Shown in pieces: positions 57,200-64,000 of a stretch of DNA of 64,000 bases. The DNA comes from Epithemia pelagica (Eukaryota > Protista > Bacillariophyta): assembly GCA_946965045.2 (NCBI GenBank), contig OX337230.1, forward strand, positions 2,604,001-2,668,000, read 5' to 3'. How positions within the stretch are numbered: the stretch's first letter is position 1; each line of letters opens with the position of its first letter. The notes beneath the pieces are model-generated. The model was not told the DNA's origin, ran no database searches, and saw nothing but the letters and a program-made list of their open reading frames with translations. The position numbers and the translations under genes were made by a program.

Positions 57200-59030
57200 A
57201 GAACCTGAATACTTACTAACTAGCTAACACAATAAGGCACATGAATTTTTGTCAATTGACAGAACTATGGACCAGAAGAAGCCAGCAAAATGGAAGGTCC
57301 TCCCAATGCTTTGCAATTCAACCAAGCATCCCAATCCGATCAATCCGCACCAAGAAAGACATGAGAATCCATTTGTGAACGTCTTGTGGTCTGTCCAATT
57401 TGCTTCGACGACCCCAACAAGAATTTTTACCTGTACCATCATCCTGTGCAGAGAGAAGAAAAAGGGTACATTGTCCAATGTCAGCCAACAACACATGTCA
57501 AGGAAGAATTGACCAAGAAAAAGAACACAGAATAAAGGACCAATGTCGAAAACAACCAATCCATTATATCATCATACAAGGGTTTACGATGTCCAAAGAT
57601 GAGGCTAGCTTCACGTTTTTGGCGCAAAAGATGGACAACCACCATTCCAAGACGAAAACTTTCATCGAAAAGTTTTATAGCACAGGTTTCAACTACCCGA
57701 AGGCCAATTTTTTCCAGTACCATTGGAATATAGCCAAAAGCGTGGTGTGATTATGCCAGAGAGTGAAAAATCAATAACAAGACCAGTATTCGATTTGATC
57801 AGTCAACTGCAGCGTAACAAGAATTTTTACCTGTACCATCATCCTGTGCAGAGAGAAGAAAAAGGGTACATTGTCCAATGTCAGCCAACAACACATGTCA
57901 AGGAAGAATTGACCAAGAAAAAGAACACAGAATCCAGGACCAATGTCGAAAACAACCAATCCATTATATCATCATACAAGGGTTTACGATGTCCAAAGAT
58001 GAGGCTAGCTTCACGTTTTTGGCGCAAAAGATGGACAACCACCATTCCAAGACGAAAACTTTCATCGAAAAGTTTTATAGCACAGGTTTCAACTACCCGA
58101 AGGCCAATTTTTTCCAGTACCATTGGAATATAGCCAAAAGCGTGGTGTGATTATGCCAGAGAGTGAAAAATCAATAACAAGACCAGTATTCGATTTGATC
58201 AGTCAACTACAGCGTGTATTACAAGATCCCGAAGCAACCAAGAAAGAACCCTCGGTATCAGTGTCCACTGTTTAGCTGTTTTTTGTCTGTGCCACCTTCA
58301 TAGGTTCCCAGGTGGACACAGACAGAAAATTTCACTTTTCGTCTGTCCTTTTCACCAATATAGTTCCTCGTGCTGGTGGAAATGCCGGCGTGCAAGTGAC
58401 AGTTGGCGGTTAGCATCTTCCTATGACCGTGACCACGCCTCAAACCTGCACCAGAGTGTCACGCACGATCTTACAAAATCTATGAAAGATTAGAACTAAA
58501 CTTCTGATAGAAACTCCTAATATACAAAGACAAGAAGCTCTATGTGGTCTCCAATTTTAAGCCGAGGCTGGAATGGAGAATTGGCATTCCGTAGGCACAA
58601 ACATTCACTCTCAATGAAGTGGACAGAGCGAGAGACAGTTGTCGAATGCCGAATATCAGAAGAGGAAAACGAATACAAGTGTGAAGGAGAAGCTAGAATG
58701 ACAGTACAAGAGCTGTTGCTGTCATGGAAACATTTTTGTACGTTCAAACTTACCTCAATTGCATGAAAGGCGACAATTCATGCCATGCCATTGTGGGTGA
58801 TGGCCTCTGTATGATTTTATGGGGGATTTGGATGGTCTTTGCAGTATATGGACAAAGCACATGCAACAGGAGATGGAAGATATACATCTGAACCTGTTGT
58901 AGTGGTGCCATCATTTCTAACTGAAACACAAATGAGGAAATCAAGGCGACAGATCATCCTTGGGACTATCGCAGACATGGAAAGAAACCCATTTGAGGTA
59001 CACATGATTACCACTGGGTGGTAACTTGCA
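57200..59030 (+). pseudogene. Degenerate transposase-like region, possibly hAT
   Basis: Possible BED-finger remnant (C...WKVL...NSTKH...H) and a RGWNG motif in the TRWNS position; heavily broken. Confidence 0.25.
57416..58215. repeat. Exact 400-bp tandem duplication
   Basis: 57416-57815 and 57816-58215 differ at about 3 positions. Confidence 0.95.
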
Positions 59031-59769
59031 TTCATTTTTGGGTGGATAGGGATGAATGGTATGCTGAGCACATCAAGTTACATGGATTGCCTTGTTATTA
59101 CAATTGTACCTCTCCTGAGTTTCGCTGCTGATCAAACAGTCATTTCACAATCACAAGAACTATCACACCGCTTACAATCTCAATGTCATTTGTTCCAAGA
59201 ATATCAATGCACTCATTTGTGACCATATGGAGGCCTTACCCAACACCAAATCACTATAAACACACATATTTGTCTTACATCCACCTGTATACAAGAAACA
59301 CTATGGAGTTTCAAGAATGTTTGTTCAAGGGAGGTGGATCGCATGAGATGTAGGTGAGGAGAAGAATTCTTGGTGGAGGAAATAATGACGCAGTGATTGA
59401 GGTGGAAGTGGGTGGCGGAGATGTAGGACTGAATTGTGTTGGCCCTGAGATCCATTTGCGTTGTAGATTGCCACCATTGGGAACATGAAACAGGTATGAC
59501 AAGAGAATGTGGATGCATTCGTTGTCCAGTTGGTGGGGAAGAAGTTTTGGGGTCAGCTTCTTGCAGATGGTATTGTCCATGGGCAATTCCTTAAGCCCAT
59601 CAAAGTAAATGTTTCATCATCCGGTTGGGAGCTTTCAACTCCTACACATTACTAGCTCATTTCTGTCCCTTAACATTTTCCTTTGTCACCGACTGGTGAA
59701 TTTTTATCTTTTTTCTGGCATCACTGTCGTACTTTTACGATTGGTTTCATTATTACTTCATCTATTTGT

Positions 59770-62500
59770 AAGGATCAGATTCTTTATTAACCCAAACTAG
59801 ATTCAAATCTCTCATCCCTAGGATTCGTTATTCCTTAAATCTATGCGAACCTCTGGTTACTATGTCCCTTCAACTTTCTGTTGTGCAATAAGCAGAAAAA
59901 ACGTGCATCAGAATAGGTCATTGCGTTTAGATCCGTTTCTCATGCGTCAGAGAATGCATCAATTTGTTGGGATCAGTTTCTTTATTAACCCATACTGGAT
60001 TCAAATCTCTCTTCCCTAGTGCCTACTAGGGTGTCGTGCCCATGGAGGCCTAGTTTGCGCCCAAATCGAGGGTTTGGGAATCTGGATTTACTTATACCCA
60101 TAAGGATCAAGCATTGTAGACTCGAAACAATGCCTAAGGTCCCTGTAATATCACTTTTCATAGAACCACCATGGTTATAGAGATATGAGAGCATGCGCAG
60201 CCGTTGGAATAGAATAGGAACAAATCGGCAAATCTGTGCTATTCCATGAAAATGGCTCTGCAGCGCGGGGAACAAACCTGGAACAAATTTAAATCTGAGT
60301 TATTCTTCCTTGTTTTTGGTACAGATACCATGAATCTGTGCCCAGTTTTCTCGAGCAGAAAGTTGGAGCATACGAGTCTTGGAACATGAGTCACGAGACA
60401 TGCTGTCCATATGTACAATCTGAATCTACATTATTATAATACCAATGCACGCGCGTCAGCAACGTGACAGGATGACGGGAGTGACTTCAAACCGCTACAC
60501 GCAAGCCAATGTTTTTGCTCCATTTTTGTTTTTTACGGCTGCACAGATTTGATCAAACGTACGAAAAACGACGCAAGACGTCCAGTATGGGAATAAGACT
60601 GCGTGAGTCACGCACATTTGTTCTAATTTTGTTCCAACGGCTGCGCATGCTCTTAATAGCTAAGGCATGGCCATTGTCGAGCTTCGTGCCATTGTGGGCA
60701 TGGTGGGCAGGCAATAGAGACTGTTGCACATCCAAGCCATCAAAGGCATTAGGACTGATTTGCTGACGATGTGTTATATGTGCATGCAGTGCAATGCTGA
60801 CATACTCGGCATTCGTTGCTGTTGAACATTGTGGCCATTGTTGGCACGTGCTTTGAGGTCTTGTTTGTGCTTCGTGCCATATATTGCCTCACGTCTTTCC
60901 AAAATCAAACATTGAACACTCGTTCCCTCCTCTGATCATTCAACAACAATCACATGCAATATGCATTCAACTAATTCAGAATCTTTCGTATGTGATACGA
61001 ACTTTACTTTGCTATTTGGTAGTTCTAAAGAGAACAATCATTGTTTTCCATCTTTAGAATTGAAAATTTGGCATAGGAAAATCAAAAAGAGTTCAGCAAT
61101 GGCAACGACAGCAACCAAGCAACCCCAGAAGAAGAACGCTAGCCTCTCAGTGGGTACAAAGGCCATCATCAAGACAGGTCATATTCCCTGCATCATTGTG
61201 AAGGCCAGGGCAAAGATGGAGTGGACCGTGCAGATTGTGGATGAAAATGGCTCTCCAACCCAGGATGAAGTTGATTGTACCTCCCAAATGTTGCTGCACA
61301 TCAGGAGGCACAAAGGAGAGATCTTACTGGAGAACCACAACCACCAAAAAATGTAGAAGGAGGAGGCACCGATGCACTGCGAGGAGGGGAAGTGGGAGCG
61401 GGAGCCTGGAGGAACATCAGTGATGTGCAGGAATGGGAGAAACCGTGGAACAAGCGTCAGGTGGGACAGTGGCAGGTACAGGAGGGATGCTAGGTGAAAG
61501 TGAAGGGATGACAGGTGTAGGAGTAGGAGGGATGGGTGTAGGAGCAGAAGGGACGCATAGAGTAGGAGCAGGAGAGATGGGAGGAGCAGAGGGAACCTGT
61601 CCCATGTAGGAGGAGTAGGAGGGACAGGTAAAGGAGCATAGGGAACGGGTGCAGGTAGAGAAGGGATGGTGGGACCAGCAGAGGAGCAAGACAACAAAGA
61701 CTATGAGTATCCCTCTCCAATGGAGGAAGAAAGCAGGAAACCAAACTTTGGACGAATCAGCAACGTGTCGAACACCACAATGTCCTCATGTGGCACTGGA
61801 GTCAACAGTAATTTGTCGTTTGACTTTGAGGAAAATCAGCCAGACCTTCATGCTGAAGCCTTTTACCACAACACTTGCTTTCCTTAAGCTGCTTACTCGA
61901 AGAACTACTAGTTACATTTACTGTTGAAACACTCACTTAGTCTATGAATAGAAATAGGAAAACACAGTGATGAAAAGAAGATATGTCCAATCGATCAGAG
62001 AGCATACGCACTGAAGAGTCCACCGTAGCCTCACCAAACTTAAAAGTTTCTTAGAACACACCACCAAGGTCTCAAAGCCACAATTCTAGCCTGGTTCATT
62101 CGATTTCCATGAAGTGGTGCACCATTCCCAACCCTGCCCATTGGCCAAAAACGAGCCCAAATCGTGCCCACTGAAAAAATGGTCCTACTTTAGCTACTTC
62201 TATCTCTATAACCATGGCCCCTGGACAAGACCACCCATCAAGGGGACCGAAGGCATTGTCTGGAGATGCTAAATATCGAACACCATGGTCTGGGAGTCAA
62301 TATTCGAGAAGTTATCCCCCGTTCCCAACCGTGCGATTTGGGCGGGCGCGCCACCCTAGTAGGCACTAGGATTAGTTATTCCTTAAATCTATGCGAACCT
62401 CTGATTAATGTCGCTTTCTGCATCAGAATAGGTCATTCCGTTTCTAGACAACCATAGTTGGAATACCCCCATAGGATTAATTCATAAATATAACCAAGGT
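59770..62500. repeat. Interleaved direct and inverted repeat fragments
   Basis: 59815-59930 is a direct repeat of ~62365-62450. ~60010-60200 is inverted at ~62190-62375. gcatgcgcagccgttggaa (~60190) is inverted at ~60635. Confidence 0.7.
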
Positions 62501-64000
62501 TAAGGGTTCCTAGCTTAATAATATGGCCCGGAGGTTTTCACCTAGTTGCTTACGGCAGAAGTAACTTTGTAAGAAACCGAGTCTTTTTGCACTTCCCTGC
62601 AGATCATCATGATTTTACCCAATTACCGCTTTAAATACTCATTCGTGTTCCGACCACTTCATCTCCCTTGGCTTCTTCTGCCCGTCCACCAACAACGACT
62701 TGATCGATCAGACGCAACATATTGACCTCGTCATGGGCCACTGTCTCGACCGGATCCTCCTCATCCACCACATCGTCACTCCGCTGGTATCACCCCAACG
62801 ACCGTATATTGTTGAGCAAGTTTGACTGGGCCTCTGCATATCGACAGGAGATCGATTGCTGCGTGTTCCGCATGTGAGGCTTGGGTGTCCGCGGCTGTGT
62901 AGGGAGGGCAACGCTTGCTGTAGCCAATTGTTATGGTGTATCCGCGACCTACAACTCCCAAACCAAATCCATCCTTTTCCGCTCTTCCATCCTACCAAAA
63001 ATCACCACTTGTTCACATCCGACATCCTTCTACTCCTCCGTCACCCATCCCACACACAAAACATCCCCGACCACTCCCTCAATGCTGAAGACTCCTCTAC
63101 ATAAAAAAGAAAGCATGCTATGAGCTACTTTGCTTTGACATGGAACATGAATGACAAGAAATGGTTCAAACTGCTTCTGCAGGACAGGGATACGTAAGCA
63201 CAGGTTAAACATGTTTGTGAGATCGAGTAAAAGGAGGGCTCGAGTTGGGGAGTGTGGTGGGAGTGGTGGTGGTGATGTATTTGCCAATCTGTGTTTGGGT
63301 CATGTGGACGGTGAAGTCGACTCCGCCACTTGTTTGGATTCGTATTGACCATGTTGGGTTAGGATTGGTTCGATGTGGTCGGTGGTTGCGGTAAGTGTGA
63401 TGGTGGCGGCAGTCCGTCGTAGTCCGGTGCCTATCCCGATTGGTCTCAGGTTGTTTAGTTTGTTGATGTCCTTGTGCAGGGCGAAGAAGTGGATCGAGGC
63501 GAGGTAGGGGCGGATAGGTGTGGGGATCGGGTTCTTGCTGAGGATGAGTTCGTATAGGGCTTTGAGCTTTGAGGGACAAGAAGTAAGGGTGGTCAGATTG
63601 GGGGTGGGAGGTGGAACTGTGGAGTCCCATTGCACGGTATACGTATATGGAATTGGCATAGGGTCCGGGTGCGGTGCCTTGGCTGAGTCGGTGTTGTACT
63701 TGTTCAAACGTGGAGTCGGATATGGAGTTGTGGAAGGTGGGTAGGTATTGTTGTTCTCGGGTTTGTCGTGGTGGGTCCAGTCGGGGTGGGAACAACTCGA
63801 ATGCGAGAAAAGAAAGATTCGTTCTTGATGGCAGTGAAGCAGTCTTGAGTCGTCATCAGTAGAGATCGTCGACGATGATCTTTGTGCACGACTGCTGAGG
63901 TGTGCAGCCGCAGATTCGTCATCATTGTATCTGGTTGGGACCAAAGGCGGCATGGAAGATCGAAGAATAGCCACTCGGTTTTCCCATTTGTTGTGTGGTT
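62500..64000 (-). mobile_element. CRE-like non-LTR retrotransposon relic (RT, then probable Cys/His and endonuclease region)
   Basis: LSQGTAPGPYA, FFALHKD...LRPIGIGTGLRR (ORFs 63205-63795, 63300-63974); downstream frames are broken. Confidence 0.7.

Noticed and set aside
1-64000. rRNA, tRNA or snRNA genes
   Set aside because: No cloverleaf or conserved rRNA segments recognised; only the 13-nt PBS resembles part of a tRNA.

Overview
Eukaryotic, gene-poor and transposon-saturated DNA, most likely diatom/stramenopile (inferred from CoDi-type Ty1/copia elements and short GT-AG introns). No rRNA, tRNA or CRISPR array was seen. The window holds three copies of one ~7 kb copia LTR family with 240-bp LTRs. 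Copy A (14457-28007, minus strand) has copy B (17799-24566, plus strand) nested inside it in antisense. Copy C (43683-51023, plus strand) is the only one that keeps a 622-bp segment deleted identically from A and B. All three copies are disabled. Around them lie relics of MULE, pogo, piggyBac, LINE (RNase H-bearing and CRE-like), older copia, and possibly hAT and Helitron elements, plus many small duplications. The best candidate for an undescribed system is a ~3.9 kb unit at 6400-10322 bounded by 63-bp inverted repeats. It carries a Mutator-type transposase and, convergently on the other strand, a TET/JBP-like 2OG-Fe(II) dioxygenase, so it may be a MULE with a base-modifying or anti-silencing cargo gene. 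SET-domain and F-box-like relics lie nearby. All protein family calls come from motif recognition by eye; no database searches were run.
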